NCBI GenBank assembly: GCA_050251875.1 | Contig: JBFWMA010000001.1 | Span: 186,456 to 250,455, forward strand | Length of the DNA stretch: 64,000 bases | Source of the DNA: Deferribacterales bacterium | Lineage (GTDB): Bacteria; Chrysiogenota; Deferribacteres; Deferribacterales; Geovibrionaceae | Direction of reading: 5' to 3' | Part shown: one piece after another, positions 29,592 through 39,159 of the stretch | Position numbering within the stretch: the stretch's first letter is position 1 | Layout: the number at the start of each line of letters is the position of its first letter | Translations under genes and position numbers: made by a program | Notes under the pieces: model-generated | The model's input: only the letters and a program-made list of their open reading frames with translations | Told to the model about the DNA's origin: nothing | Databases searched by the model: none

Positions 29592-29879
29592 ATGAAAGAT
29601 TCTCATCTCGCTAAAACAGAGTTCGGAGAGGTTCTCTTTGACATCAAAGTGGAGCTGGGCAGAAAACTTGTGAAAGTAAAGGAACTGCTGAGCTGGGAGA
29701 AGGGCACTATCCTTAAATTCTCGAAAACATCGGGCGAGCCTGTCGACTTTCTGGTGAACGGAAAGCCTCTGGCTCTCGGCGAGATTATGGTTCTGGATGA
29801 TAAATTCGCCATCAGGATCACTGAGATACTCGATAAACAAAAACTGACAGAGATGTATAAAAATGGCATGTACCGCTAG
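29592..29879 (+). CDS. fliN: FliM/FliN C-terminal (SpoA) domain switch protein
   Basis: VELGR, GEPVDFLVNG..LALGEI, FAIRITEI. Confidence 0.8.
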   Translation: MKDSHLAKTEFGEVLFDIKVELGRKLVKVKELLSWEKGTILKFSKTSGEPVDFLVNGKPLALGEIMVLDDKFAIRITEILDKQKLTEMYKNGMYR

Positions 29880-30651
29880 GCTTTTTGCCTTTCTTGCCTT
29901 AATACTGCTGAGCGTGTCGGCTCAGGCCGCTAATCTCACCTATGAGATAGACGAGTCCGGGCTGAATGTCGTCATAGATTTCGAGCACGGGTATTCCAAC
30001 GTGAATACCCTGAAGCTCGACAAGAGTTTCGTCATCAGCTTTGAAACCAATGAAAAGATAGAGTTCACTCAGGATTTCTGGGATATGCCCGTGGAGAAAC
30101 TCTATATCACATCTGACGATACCAGAAAGAGACTCATAACAGATTTTTCCGAAGAGCTGGCAGTCCCTGAGATAGTGTCTCAGCCTAAACAGATCAGAAT
30201 AGCCTATACATTTCCGAAAGCGCCGGAGGGAGAGCCTCTGGTGGGTAAGAAAGCCTATTCCAGAATGGTCTGGGGGCTGATGATAGTTCTGGCTGTGATG
30301 CTGGGAATCTTCTGGATGTTTAAGACCTTTTTCAAAAGACAGGTGTTCACGGACATCCCAGGCACCGGAAGGCTGCTGGGCAAGGTGGACATGGACATCA
30401 GAAAAAGCCTGTTCTTCTATGAAATAGACAACAAGATATATATACTGGGCGTTACCGACACGTCTATGAACCTGATAGAAAAGATAACAGATGAGGATGA
30501 GGTGACCCGTATCAAATCCGGATTCACCAAAAAGACAGAATTCTCGAACTATATGAAGTTCTTCAAGAAGAATCCCGGACTGAAGGACGAGGTCGAGATA
30601 TCCAGAAACTCAATCTCTGAGAGGCTGAAATCATTAAGAAAACGCTCATAG
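29863..30651 (+). CDS. fliO: Flagellar export chaperone FliO with extended periplasmic N-domain
   Basis: Signal peptide, TM, then YILGVTDTSMNLI; lies between fliN and fliP. Confidence 0.75.
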   Translation: MACTARLFAFLALILLSVSAQAANLTYEIDESGLNVVIDFEHGYSNVNTLKLDKSFVISFETNEKIEFTQDFWDMPVEKLYITSDDTRKRLITDFSEELAVPEIVSQPKQIRIAYTFPKAPEGEPLVGKKAYSRMVWGLMIVLAVMLGIFWMFKTFFKRQVFTDIPGTGRLLGKVDMDIRKSLFFYEIDNKIYILGVTDTSMNLIEKITDEDEVTRIKSGFTKKTEFSNYMKFFKKNPGLKDEVEISRNSISERLKSLRKRS

Positions 30652-31379
30652 TTCTGTTTATGCTGGCGATTCCCTTCACAGGGGTGCTGGCGGCAGACCC
30701 AATACCCTTTCCGGCGTTCCGGTTCGGCATGGAGCAGGCGGCCAGCCCGCAGGATGTCTCTGTCACTCTGCAGCTTATCTTCTTTCTGACCGTGCTGTCT
30801 CTGGCTCCGTCGATACTTATCCTGATGACATCATTCACCAGGATCATAATAGTTTTTTCTCTGCTGAGAACAGCGATGGGTACTGCCACTGTGCCGCCGT
30901 CTCAGGTTCTGGTGGGGCTGGCTCTGATACTGACTATGTTCATCATGACGCCTGTTTTCAAAGAGGCGTATACCAAAGGATATCAGCCGTATCAGGAGGG
31001 CAAGCTGACCTTCATGGAGATGATAAACGAGGCAAAACAGCCTCTGCGAAAATTTATGCTGAATAACACCAGAAAGAAAGAGGTCAGAACCTTTCTGGAC
31101 ATCAGCAACTCGCCCAGACCGAAATCCGCTGAGGATATACCCGACACTGTTCTGGTCGCCTCTTTTGTGGTGAGCGAGCTTACGACAGCTTTTCAGATGG
31201 GATTTCTTGTGTATCTCCCGTTTCTCATAATAGATTTTGTGGTGGCGAGCGTTCTGCTCTCGATGGGTATGATGATGCTGCCGCCTGTAATGATCTCTGT
31301 GCCGTTCAAGATCATGCTGTTTGTGCTGGTGGACGGATGGGGACTCATTGTAACATCACTCGTAAAAAGTTTCTGGTGA
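30633..31379 (+). CDS. fliP: Flagellar export gate protein FliP (probable ATT start; first ATG at 30660)
   Basis: TSFTRIIIV, SELTTAFQMG, MGMMMLPP, PFKIMLFVLVDGW. Confidence 0.95.
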   Translation: MKKTLIVLFMLAIPFTGVLAADPIPFPAFRFGMEQAASPQDVSVTLQLIFFLTVLSLAPSILILMTSFTRIIIVFSLLRTAMGTATVPPSQVLVGLALILTMFIMTPVFKEAYTKGYQPYQEGKLTFMEMINEAKQPLRKFMLNNTRKKEVRTFLDISNSPRPKSAEDIPDTVLVASFVVSELTTAFQMGFLVYLPFLIIDFVVASVLLSMGMMMLPPVMISVPFKIMLFVLVDGWGLIVTSLVKSFW

Positions 31380-31383
31380 TATT

Positions 31384-31656
31384 ATGTCAGCTGATCTTGT
31401 AATCGATATGCTTACTAAAGCTCTCCAGCTGTCTCTTCTGATAGCGTCGCCCATGCTGCTTTTCGGGCTGGTTATCGGTCTGATTATCAGTATCTTTCAG
31501 TCTGTAACCCAGATTCAGGAGATGACGCTGACTTTCATTCCCAAGATCATCGGCGTTATCGTGGCTGTGATGCTGTTTGCTCCCTGGATGACAGATAAGA
31601 TCATGACCTACACCATCCAACTTTTTTCCAACCTTAACACCTACATAGGCAAATGA
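31384..31656 (+). CDS. fliQ: Flagellar export gate protein FliQ
   Basis: SIFQSVTQIQEMTLTFIPKI. Confidence 0.96.
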   Translation: MSADLVIDMLTKALQLSLLIASPMLLFGLVIGLIISIFQSVTQIQEMTLTFIPKIIGVIVAVMLFAPWMTDKIMTYTIQLFSNLNTYIGK

Positions 31657-32996
31657 AAAAACTGATATTTCTGCTGCTCCTGCCTGTTTTTGCCTTTGGC
31701 GCGGACAGGGCCGTCACGCCCGCTGTCAGCGATCCGGCTCAGTTCTATTCGTCCAGCGCCGCGCTGGTCATCGGCGAATACTCATACGGATCCGGCTGGC
31801 CCGCTCTGCCTGGAGTAAAGCAGGATATAGAGGCTGTGGAACAGACGCTGAAAGAGAGCGGATTTCAGGTGATAAAGTCAGTTAACCCAGACAGACAGGC
31901 GCTGATGACCGCCGTCAGAAATTTTTTCGACAGATACGGCAGCGAGCCCAAGGCGAGAGTCCTGATATATTTCGCCGGACACGGGCATACTCTGGAAAAG
32001 AACGGCAGGAGAGCCGGATATCTGGTTCTGAAAGATGCCGCCGACCCGAATAAGGACATGAAAGGCTTTCTGAACGGAAGCATAGAGATAGATTATTTTC
32101 CCGAAATGGCGAAGAACATGAAGGCTCAGCACAGCCTGTTCGTGTTCGACAGCTGTTTTTCCGGCACTGTTTTTACCGCCATGCGCTCCATCCCGGAGTT
32201 TCTGATCGATATGCTCAGGAAACCGGCCAGAGAGTTTATATCCTCCGGTTCAGAGAACCAGCAGGTGCCTGATGAGTCGGTCTTCCGCAGACGTTTCACC
32301 GAAGGTGTCACGGGCAGGGCGGACAGCAACGGCGACGGTGTGGTGACTGGAAGCGAGCTGGGAATGTTTTTGCAGAAAGAGGTAACAGTCTATTCCGGCG
32401 GAACCCAGACCCCTGTTTTCGGTAAGCTGAGGGGATCGGACGGCGAGTTCATTTTCTTTGCGGCTGAACAGCAGAAAAATGATGAAAAGACAGCCGAAAG
32501 ACCTGTGCCGTCTGGTGAAAAGGAAAAACTGCTCTCCATAATAAGAAAATCGCCGGGATCTCCGGAGGCGAATGACGCTCTGAAGAGGCTGAGAGAGATA
32601 GACGACAGTCTGAAGAACAGACCGCCCGTAGAGGCGAAAGAGCGCAAAGATCTGGTGATGACCGCCACATCAAAAAAGATAACAAACACATCTTATTCGG
32701 ATACATCTTTTCCATATGTTGTGATAGCACCTGTAACGGCAAAGGTAAACGGCACTACAATCACAGCCGCATTTAAAATTGAAGCGGATACAAACGAGCA
32801 TTACCGCATGCTGACTCAGAGAAAGGATATGCTGAGATCGGTGATCCAGCACAGAATGGAAAAGCTGGAAACCAAAGATATGTCCATGACACAGCTAAGA
32901 GACGCAGTGAAACATAGCGCAAAAGACGCTGTTGATTTCGCGTGTCCGTCCTGTTCGGAGACTGATCCCGTTCTCGTCGGGTTAAAAGTAAGATAG
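31653..32996 (+). CDS. Secreted caspase-family (peptidase C14) protein with EF-hand-like loop and FliL-like C-terminal domain
   Basis: Signal peptide; YFAGHG (His110) and FDSCFSG (Cys168); DSNGDGVVTGSEL; ATGA overlap with fliQ. Confidence 0.85.
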   Translation: MKKLIFLLLLPVFAFGADRAVTPAVSDPAQFYSSSAALVIGEYSYGSGWPALPGVKQDIEAVEQTLKESGFQVIKSVNPDRQALMTAVRNFFDRYGSEPKARVLIYFAGHGHTLEKNGRRAGYLVLKDAADPNKDMKGFLNGSIEIDYFPEMAKNMKAQHSLFVFDSCFSGTVFTAMRSIPEFLIDMLRKPAREFISSGSENQQVPDESVFRRRFTEGVTGRADSNGDGVVTGSELGMFLQKEVTVYSGGTQTPVFGKLRGSDGEFIFFAAEQQKNDEKTAERPVPSGEKEKLLSIIRKSPGSPEANDALKRLREIDDSLKNRPPVEAKERKDLVMTATSKKITNTSYSDTSFPYVVIAPVTAKVNGTTITAAFKIEADTNEHYRMLTQRKDMLRSVIQHRMEKLETKDMSMTQLRDAVKHSAKDAVDFACPSCSETDPVLVGLKVR

Positions 32997-32997
32997 C

Positions 32998-33501
32998 TTA
33001 CTTCATCAGAAGATCTGTAATCTCTCCCACATACATCCTGTGATAATCCTTGTTGGGATATGCGTCGTGAATGGCAGGATCCAGAAAGTTTTTCGGGTCT
33101 ATGTCCTGATGATACAGTTTCCTGCACACCATAACCATTCTGGACTGATTGAAATACACGCTGTTATTATCGAAGACAGGGGTCAGTCCTGTCTCTTTAA
33201 TCTTGTCCACGTTTCTTCCGCTCATCTTTCCGCAATATGTCAGGATATCCCTGTGTTCATCACCGAGAAAAGACAGGGTGTAGGTGTCGTGCTTTTCCAT
33301 GAATTCATAGGTATATCTGCCCGGACGAACGAAGATGAACGACACGTTTTTGAACCAAAGAATGCCCAGTCCGCCCCAGCTGGCCGTCATGGTGTTGAAC
33401 CCGTTTTTATCTCCGGCGGTCACCAGCATCCATTCGTCGTCTATAACAGAAAAAACGTTATCTTTCAGGGTTTTGGGGTCGATGCTGATAAAATCTGTCA
33501 T
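32998..33501 (-). CDS. Flavin reductase-like / flavoredoxin protein
   Basis: NTMTASWG, FVRPGRYT, CGKMSGRNVDK, H.MYVGEI. Confidence 0.88.
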   Translation of the reverse strand: MTDFISIDPKTLKDNVFSVIDDEWMLVTAGDKNGFNTMTASWGGLGILWFKNVSFIFVRPGRYTYEFMEKHDTYTLSFLGDEHRDILTYCGKMSGRNVDKIKETGLTPVFDNNSVYFNQSRMVMVCRKLYHQDIDPKNFLDPAIHDAYPNKDYHRMYVGEITDLLMK

Positions 33502-33749
33502 TGTGAGCGCTCCGCCAGAAATTTCGCTATTTTCTCTGTCTCATATTTTTTTATATTCAGACCGTGCTTCTCCATCCTTTTTATGGTGGATTTCCATTGT
33601 TCCTCTGTTTTTACTTTTTCCAGAGAGACTTTTGTGCCGTGGCAGGTAGAACATTTTGAATAGAACAGGTTGATGCCTGTCTCTTTTGTGCCGTACATGA
33701 ATGTGAACATGAAAAGCAGTACGATGATGTGTTTCATAAAAAACCTCAT
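33498..33749 (-). CDS. Small monoheme c-type cytochrome
   Basis: Signal peptide, CSTCH, W..TIKRM distal Met. Confidence 0.75.
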   Translation of the reverse strand: MRFFMKHIIVLLFMFTFMYGTKETGINLFYSKCSTCHGTKVSLEKVKTEEQWKSTIKRMEKHGLNIKKYETEKIAKFLAERSQ

Positions 33750-34315
33750 TTTACTGATGTGATAAAGCTGATGGTGTCTTCCGCTACGCCTCCGGAGACT
33801 ATTCTCACTGTTACTTCACGGTTATAGTTGATGGCGCTGACCGTGTAGTTGTGACTGCCGATATATGTTATATTGTGATCGATCACGGTAGTTTTTGCGT
33901 GCAGGCGTACCTTTTTGTCATCGTACACCACTTTTATCCCCGCCTTCTTCAGCTCTTCGCCCGTGTCCTTGTTGGCGGCGGTGGTTATATCGCTCTTTCC
34001 GGCATCGTCCATCACCACATATATTTTCACGCCGTTCTGAGCCGCTTTTATCAGAGCCTGTTTTATCATTTCCGTGTCGGTGTAGTTACGGTCAGATGTT
34101 TTGAACATATAGATCGCCATATAGACGCTCTCTTTTGCGTTGGCTATGTCGTGCACCAGCGACTGAAGCATGGATTTATCCGGCAGCACAGCCACCGTAG
34201 CCTCGTGCTCTCTTATGTCCGCCTTCAGATTGGAATAAATGAAAAAGGCGGCAAGAACTGTAAGTATGCCTATCAGCTTAGCCGAGAATTTCCTGTATCC
34301 TCTTCCAGACCTCAT
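33746..34315 (-). CDS. Single-HKD phospholipase D-family protein (Nuc-like), membrane anchored
   Basis: HAKTTVIDHNITYIGSHN = HxK(x4)D(x6)GSxN; N-terminal TM. Confidence 0.88.
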   Translation of the reverse strand: MRSGRGYRKFSAKLIGILTVLAAFFIYSNLKADIREHEATVAVLPDKSMLQSLVHDIANAKESVYMAIYMFKTSDRNYTDTEMIKQALIKAAQNGVKIYVVMDDAGKSDITTAANKDTGEELKKAGIKVVYDDKKVRLHAKTTVIDHNITYIGSHNYTVSAINYNREVTVRIVSGGVAEDTISFITSVK

Positions 34316-34850
34316 CTTTTCCCTTTCCCGTCAGAGAGCTGAACAGAATAAAGTCCTCTCTGGCTATGTTTAACTGTTTGCTGATGGCCGCCAGACGTGA
34401 AGCGGCCTGATTGTTAGATAGCTTATCACATTTGGTCAGAGCGACAATAGTGCGCAGGTTGAAATGCTGAAACCAGAACAGCATGCCCAGGTCATCCTCG
34501 TTGGGGTCACGGCGTATATCGAGTATCAGAACACATGCTACAAGCTGTGTGCGTTCTGTCAGATAGTTCTCTATGGTTTCGCCCCACTGCTTCTTCTCCT
34601 CTTTGGACACTTTGGCGTATCCGTAGCCGGGCAGGTCCACCAGCATAAAGGTGTCCTGTACCAGAAAGAAGTTGACCAGTCGGGTCTTGCCTGGTGTTTT
34701 GCCGACTTTCACCAGTTTTCTGGTGCCGAGCAGTGTGTTTATCATGCTGGATTTACCGACGTTGCTTCGTCCGGCGAAGGCAATTTCCGGAAATTCTGTT
34801 ACCGGATACTGCTGCGGCTCACGGGCGGATTTTATGAATTCAGCCTTCAT
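34278..34850 (-). CDS. engB: Ribosome biogenesis GTPase YihA/EngB
   Basis: GRSNVGKSS, TPGKT, DLPGYGY, TKCD. Confidence 0.96.
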   Translation of the reverse strand: MKAEFIKSAREPQQYPVTEFPEIAFAGRSNVGKSSMINTLLGTRKLVKVGKTPGKTRLVNFFLVQDTFMLVDLPGYGYAKVSKEEKKQWGETIENYLTERTQLVACVLILDIRRDPNEDDLGMLFWFQHFNLRTIVALTKCDKLSNNQAASRLAAISKQLNIAREDFILFSSLTGKGKDEVWKRIQEILG

Positions 34851-35694
34851 TTATCACCCCGCATTCACGAAGAAATTCCATTACGGAAAAATCGAAATTA
34901 AAGGAAAATCCGGCGGCGTTCTTGTGACCGCCCCCTCCGTTCTCCTCTGCCAGCGTGCGGACGTCCACTTCCGGACGGGATCTGAGCGAGACCTTTTTTC
35001 TCTGCATGTTTATCAGAACCACATAGTCCATTTCCAGCTCTTTTATGATATAGTTGCCCAGCTCCGAACTGTATTCCTCGGCGAAGACAACGAACACGTC
35101 CAGATCGTCAGCGTCTTTCAGAGCGAACCCGGACTTGGCGGCGGCATGGATATATTTATCCCTGCGCTCTGTTTCCAGATCGACTATAAGCTGTTCGTCC
35201 TCGGTGAAGCCAGTGTAGGGCTTTCTGAAGAATCTTTCCAGATATCTCTCAACACCCAGTTTCATGAAAAGCATATTCATCTGAAGGCTGTCTCTGCGTT
35301 TCAGGTGCCACATGTCAAAGTCGTTGACGCACTCGACCAGCTCTCTATAGGATGCTACGTCGTATCCGTGCTGTTCCAGCCATTCGTATGTGAGCAGAGT
35401 CGCGCACTTTTTGATGTCGTGTACTGTCTCTGTCATTTCTTTCAGCCATTTGGAAGATTCATGGTGGTCTATCACCACTATCTGTATGTCGCCCATAACC
35501 TGCTGAAATACCCTCTGGCTGGGTGACATATCCGTGATGAGGATCTCTTCGTAATGGTTGGTGTCCACATCCAGCAGTATCTGATCTATCTCGTTATAAT
35601 TGCAGAATATATTGTCCACGTCCCTGATGAATCTCTTGGTAAGGACACCGCAGGAGACGCCGTCCAGATCGTTGTGTGAAATATGCAGTATCAA
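34840..35694 (-). CDS. DHH/DHHA1 phosphoesterase (nanoRNase-like)
   Basis: HNDLDG, ITD, IDHH, GGGHKNAAG; TTG start. Confidence 0.9.
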   Translation of the reverse strand: MILHISHNDLDGVSCGVLTKRFIRDVDNIFCNYNEIDQILLDVDTNHYEEILITDMSPSQRVFQQVMGDIQIVVIDHHESSKWLKEMTETVHDIKKCATLLTYEWLEQHGYDVASYRELVECVNDFDMWHLKRRDSLQMNMLFMKLGVERYLERFFRKPYTGFTEDEQLIVDLETERRDKYIHAAAKSGFALKDADDLDVFVVFAEEYSSELGNYIIKELEMDYVVLINMQRKKVSLRSRPEVDVRTLAEENGGGGHKNAAGFSFNFDFSVMEFLRECGVINEG

Positions 35695-35695
35695 A

Positions 35696-36115
35696 TTATT
35701 CTCCGATGATTTTTACCAGAACACGTTTTTTGCGTCTTCCGTCGAATTCGCCGTAAAAGATACACTCCCAGGGTCCGAAGTCCAGCCGTCCTTCCGTGAC
35801 CGCCACCACCACCTCTCGCCCCATTATCTGACGTTTGTGGTGGGCGTCCCCGTTGTCTTCGCCTGTTCTGTTGTGGCGGTAGAGGGACAGGGGCTCGTGG
35901 GGAGCCAGTTTTTCCAGCCAGTCCTTATAGTCCTGATGGAGTCCGCTCTCGTTGTCGTTGATGAAGACGGAAGCAGTGATGTGCATGGCGTTCACCAGAC
36001 AAAGACCTTCCTTTATCCCGCTTTCACGAAGGCAGTTCTCCACATCCGGCGTGATATTGATAAACTCCATCCTCTGACTTGTGTTGAACCAGAGCTCTTT
36101 ACGGTATGATTTCAT
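35696..36115 (-). CDS. yjbQ: YjbQ/UPF0047 family protein
   Basis: [23 protein letters not shown]. Confidence 0.92.
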   Translation of the reverse strand: MKSYRKELWFNTSQRMEFINITPDVENCLRESGIKEGLCLVNAMHITASVFINDNESGLHQDYKDWLEKLAPHEPLSLYRHNRTGEDNGDAHHKRQIMGREVVVAVTEGRLDFGPWECIFYGEFDGRRKKRVLVKIIGE

Positions 36116-36156
36116 AGATATAAACTAACAGGATTCGCTATGATTTCATAGTTTTT

Positions 36157-36744
36157 TTAGATGAAAGTCCTATAAAAAGGTTTGTGAGCGATGGCAAGCA
36201 TCTCTTTGTCGCCTCTGCTGTCGCCGTAGGCATATATTTCGGAGTAGTCGTCAGGGTTCAGCAGTTTTTTGATTCTGTTCACCTTCTCCGCTCCGTAGCA
36301 GTTTTTTGTGCCGAGCCTGCCTGAGATGATGCCGTCCGCTGATTCGGCTTCAGTGCATAGGAGCTCCAGTCCGTTGTTTTCACACCATCTTCTCATCCAG
36401 ATATCGAAAGAGGCAGTGACAATGACTATCCTATCCCCGTTCTTTCTGTGTTCCTCTATCTGTTTCATGGCGGAGTCCTTAACCAGCACGTCCAGATGCT
36501 TTTCGGCGTACCAGTCGCCTTTTTGCCGCAGGGTCTCGGCGTTCCAGCCTTTATAGAATGTGGTGAAAACAGCCTCTTTCGCCCTGAAATTAGGGATGAG
36601 CTTCAGTTTCATCATTATCAGCAGGTGCAGGTTCAGAAACATATTCAGCAGGAATTTTTTGTATCCGTGGGTGAATATCAGAAAGCCGATGAAGCTGTCT
36701 GAGTTGGTAACTGTCCCGTCGAAGTCGAAAAGGGCAAGTCTCAT
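36157..36744 (-). CDS. HAD-IB phosphatase (probable polyprenyl-P-ribose-5-P phosphatase)
   Basis: FDFDGT, VTAS, K, YAYGDSRGD; last gene of the pentofuranose block. Confidence 0.85.
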   Translation of the reverse strand: MRLALFDFDGTVTNSDSFIGFLIFTHGYKKFLLNMFLNLHLLIMMKLKLIPNFRAKEAVFTTFYKGWNAETLRQKGDWYAEKHLDVLVKDSAMKQIEEHRKNGDRIVIVTASFDIWMRRWCENNGLELLCTEAESADGIISGRLGTKNCYGAEKVNRIKKLLNPDDYSEIYAYGDSRGDKEMLAIAHKPFYRTFI

Positions 36745-37475
36745 CAGATGCTTGTCTTCTTAAATATGAATTCGGGTATATGGCGGATTATGAGCATGAT
36801 CAGGCGCCATCTCTTTTTGGTATAGATGACGTTCTTTCCTTTGCTCCATGCGCTGTAGATGTCCTCTGCCACTTCAACCGGCTGGGCTGTCAGCTTTTTA
36901 GGCAGATCCATTCCGGCGGTCATTTTGGTATCCACGAAACCGGGCTTTACCGTCATGACATGGACTCCCGCTGTGAAGAGTCTGTTTCGCAGACCGCTTA
37001 AATATTCACTGAATCCAGCTTTGGCGCTGCCGTATATATAGTTGCTTTTACGTCCTCTGTCGCCCGCTACGGAAGAGACGCCTATGATGAATCCGCTCTT
37101 TCTGCTCTCCATGTCGTTCGCCGCCAGATTCAGCATGCTGACAGGACCTGTGTAGTTTGTGCGCATTATCCTGTCCGCCTCAGAAAAATCTTTTTCGGCT
37201 GTCTTCTGGTCGCCCAGATAGCCCACCACAGATATCACGCCTTCGGGTTTCGGGTCTAGAGCGCCGTATATGGCGGCATGGGTTTCCGTAGCGGTGATGT
37301 CCATCTCCACCGGAACAGCTTTTCTGCTGTATCTGACATCAATGTCCTTTATCTGTTCGTCAAGCTCGGCAGTGTTTCTGCACGCCAGATACAGATCATA
37401 TCCGTGAGAGGCGTAGACTCTTGCCACCGCCTTTGCCATGTCGCTTTTTGCGCCTAATATCAGTATGTAGCTCAT
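36744..37475 (-). CDS. SDR oxidoreductase, DprE2-like
   Basis: GAKSDMA, SSVAGDRGRKSNYIYGSAK; follows the DprE1-like gene. Confidence 0.85.
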   Translation of the reverse strand: MSYILILGAKSDMAKAVARVYASHGYDLYLACRNTAELDEQIKDIDVRYSRKAVPVEMDITATETHAAIYGALDPKPEGVISVVGYLGDQKTAEKDFSEADRIMRTNYTGPVSMLNLAANDMESRKSGFIIGVSSVAGDRGRKSNYIYGSAKAGFSEYLSGLRNRLFTAGVHVMTVKPGFVDTKMTAGMDLPKKLTAQPVEVAEDIYSAWSKGKNVIYTKKRWRLIMLIIRHIPEFIFKKTSI

Positions 37476-38764
37476 ATATTTACCCGCCTGCTCTGAAGAG
37501 AGCTGAATTTTCTGTTCATGCCTGTCTGTTCTCTGAGTTCCCGGAATTTATCTATCATCGGGTATCCCTGCTCGAATGTTTTTTCCGGCACTCGCACGTC
37601 TTTGGTGAGATAGATGCGTCCGCCGTAGTCCAGAACTATCCTGTCCAGCTTATACAGCAGGTCGAAAAGCCCGTGTTCTATCTTGAAATCCAGCGCCAGA
37701 CTGTAGCCCTCCATGGGGAAAGAGAGCCAGTTTTCGTTAGCCTTGCCGTATAGTTTCAGCACCGCCAGAAAGGAACCCTTGCCGCTGTCGGCTATTTTTT
37801 TCAGTATCTTTTCCAGACCCTCATAGCTGGCGTCCAGAGGCAGGATGAACTGATACTGAGTGAAGCCGTTCCTGCCGTATATCCTGTTCCAGTTGTTTAT
37901 GGCGTCCAGCGGATAGAAGAACTGGTCGTAGTCCACCTTCGCCACGCCGTTTTTGCCCTTGGCATAATAGAGTGTGTTGAATGCGGATACTGATAGATTG
38001 TTCAGCGAGAAAGACGGGAAATTGAAAGGAATATCTTTCTTGCGGTCGGCATTAGGCGTCAGATCGCCGTCATCGGCGAAATCGCCGGCCATCAGAAGAC
38101 ACCTGCCCAGCTTACTGCCTTTCGCCAGGCAGTCTATCCACGCCACGGAATAGGGCATGTGTTTATATTCGCTGAAAGCGTCGAAGGTTGCTTTCAGGTC
38201 GGATGTTTTTACTGTGGTCTGAACGATATTTTTTGAGTTTATCTTTTTCAGGTATATGTCCGCTTCCAGAATGATGCCTGTGAGCCCCATCCCCCCGCAG
38301 GTGGCGTGGAACATGTCGGCGTTTTCCTCTCTGGAGCAGTTTATTATGTCTCCGTCTGCCGTCATTATGCGGAATGAAAGCACACATTCACTGAAACAGC
38401 CCTCTACATGATGGTTCTTTCCGTGAACGTCGCTGGCTATCGCTCCGCCTATGGTTATCAGCTTGGTTCCAGGTGTTATCTTCAGAAACCAGCCTCTGGG
38501 AACGAATACGTCTAATATTTCAGACAGCAGAACGCCTGATTTGCAGCGGAGCAGACCTGTCTGATCGTCGAAGCTGATGAAAAGATCGTGGTTTCTCATG
38601 TGCAGGATGGTGTCGCCAAGGGCGCTGTCGCCGTAGCTTCTGCCGTTTCCGTATGAGATCATCTGACTGTTTTTTGATATGGTTTCGGCGAGCCTGCGCT
38701 CACCTGTGTATCTGATTACTCTGTTTTCCAATCTGGGGTAGTTTCCCCAGCTGTATAGACTCAT
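37472..38764 (-). CDS. FAD-linked oxidoreductase, DprE1-like
   Basis: GNGRSYGD, TPGTKLITIGGAIASDVHGKNHH, YSVAWID, FFYPLD, GFTQYQ, GGRIYLTKD. Confidence 0.9.
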   Translation of the reverse strand: MSLYSWGNYPRLENRVIRYTGERRLAETISKNSQMISYGNGRSYGDSALGDTILHMRNHDLFISFDDQTGLLRCKSGVLLSEILDVFVPRGWFLKITPGTKLITIGGAIASDVHGKNHHVEGCFSECVLSFRIMTADGDIINCSREENADMFHATCGGMGLTGIILEADIYLKKINSKNIVQTTVKTSDLKATFDAFSEYKHMPYSVAWIDCLAKGSKLGRCLLMAGDFADDGDLTPNADRKKDIPFNFPSFSLNNLSVSAFNTLYYAKGKNGVAKVDYDQFFYPLDAINNWNRIYGRNGFTQYQFILPLDASYEGLEKILKKIADSGKGSFLAVLKLYGKANENWLSFPMEGYSLALDFKIEHGLFDLLYKLDRIVLDYGGRIYLTKDVRVPEKTFEQGYPMIDKFRELREQTGMNRKFSSLQSRRVNI

Positions 38765-39159
38765 TTCTCACCCCTGAATACAAATCTTTTGTCCAGACGG
38801 TATTTGGTGATATAGCCTATGGAAAGACCTGTTACAGCTCCTATATATTTGCTGACAGGATTATCCCATATGTGGTGAAAGGACAGCTCCGTTCCCCAGA
38901 ATATCACCGTGGTGAATACCCCCATGAAAGAATAAATAAGGAATTTTTTCGCGTCCTCAGTCTTTGTCTCTGTTTTATGGTAAAAGATGTATTTTTTATC
39001 CAGCACATATTTTACTGCGAGTCCGGCTATGGTGCCAACGAACATCGCAACGTAAAGAGAGAAGCGCAGATCATATATCTTTAGAGACAGCCACTGAAAG
39101 GATATGTTCACCAGAGTGGCTATCACAGCGAAGATTATATATTTTACAGCGAGTTTCAT
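38761..39159 (-). CDS. GtrA-family flippase
   Basis: 132 aa, 4 TM, LDKKYIF / LDKRFVF repeats. Confidence 0.88.
   Translation of the reverse strand: MKLAVKYIIFAVIATLVNISFQWLSLKIYDLRFSLYVAMFVGTIAGLAVKYVLDKKYIFYHKTETKTEDAKKFLIYSFMGVFTTVIFWGTELSFHHIWDNPVSKYIGAVTGLSIGYITKYRLDKRFVFRGEK

Noticed and set aside
33746..35694. PLD nuclease plus DHH phosphoesterase as an anti-phage/CBASS-like system
   Set aside because: They flank housekeeping engB and yjbQ, with no cyclase, helicase or methylase partner and no compositional anomaly
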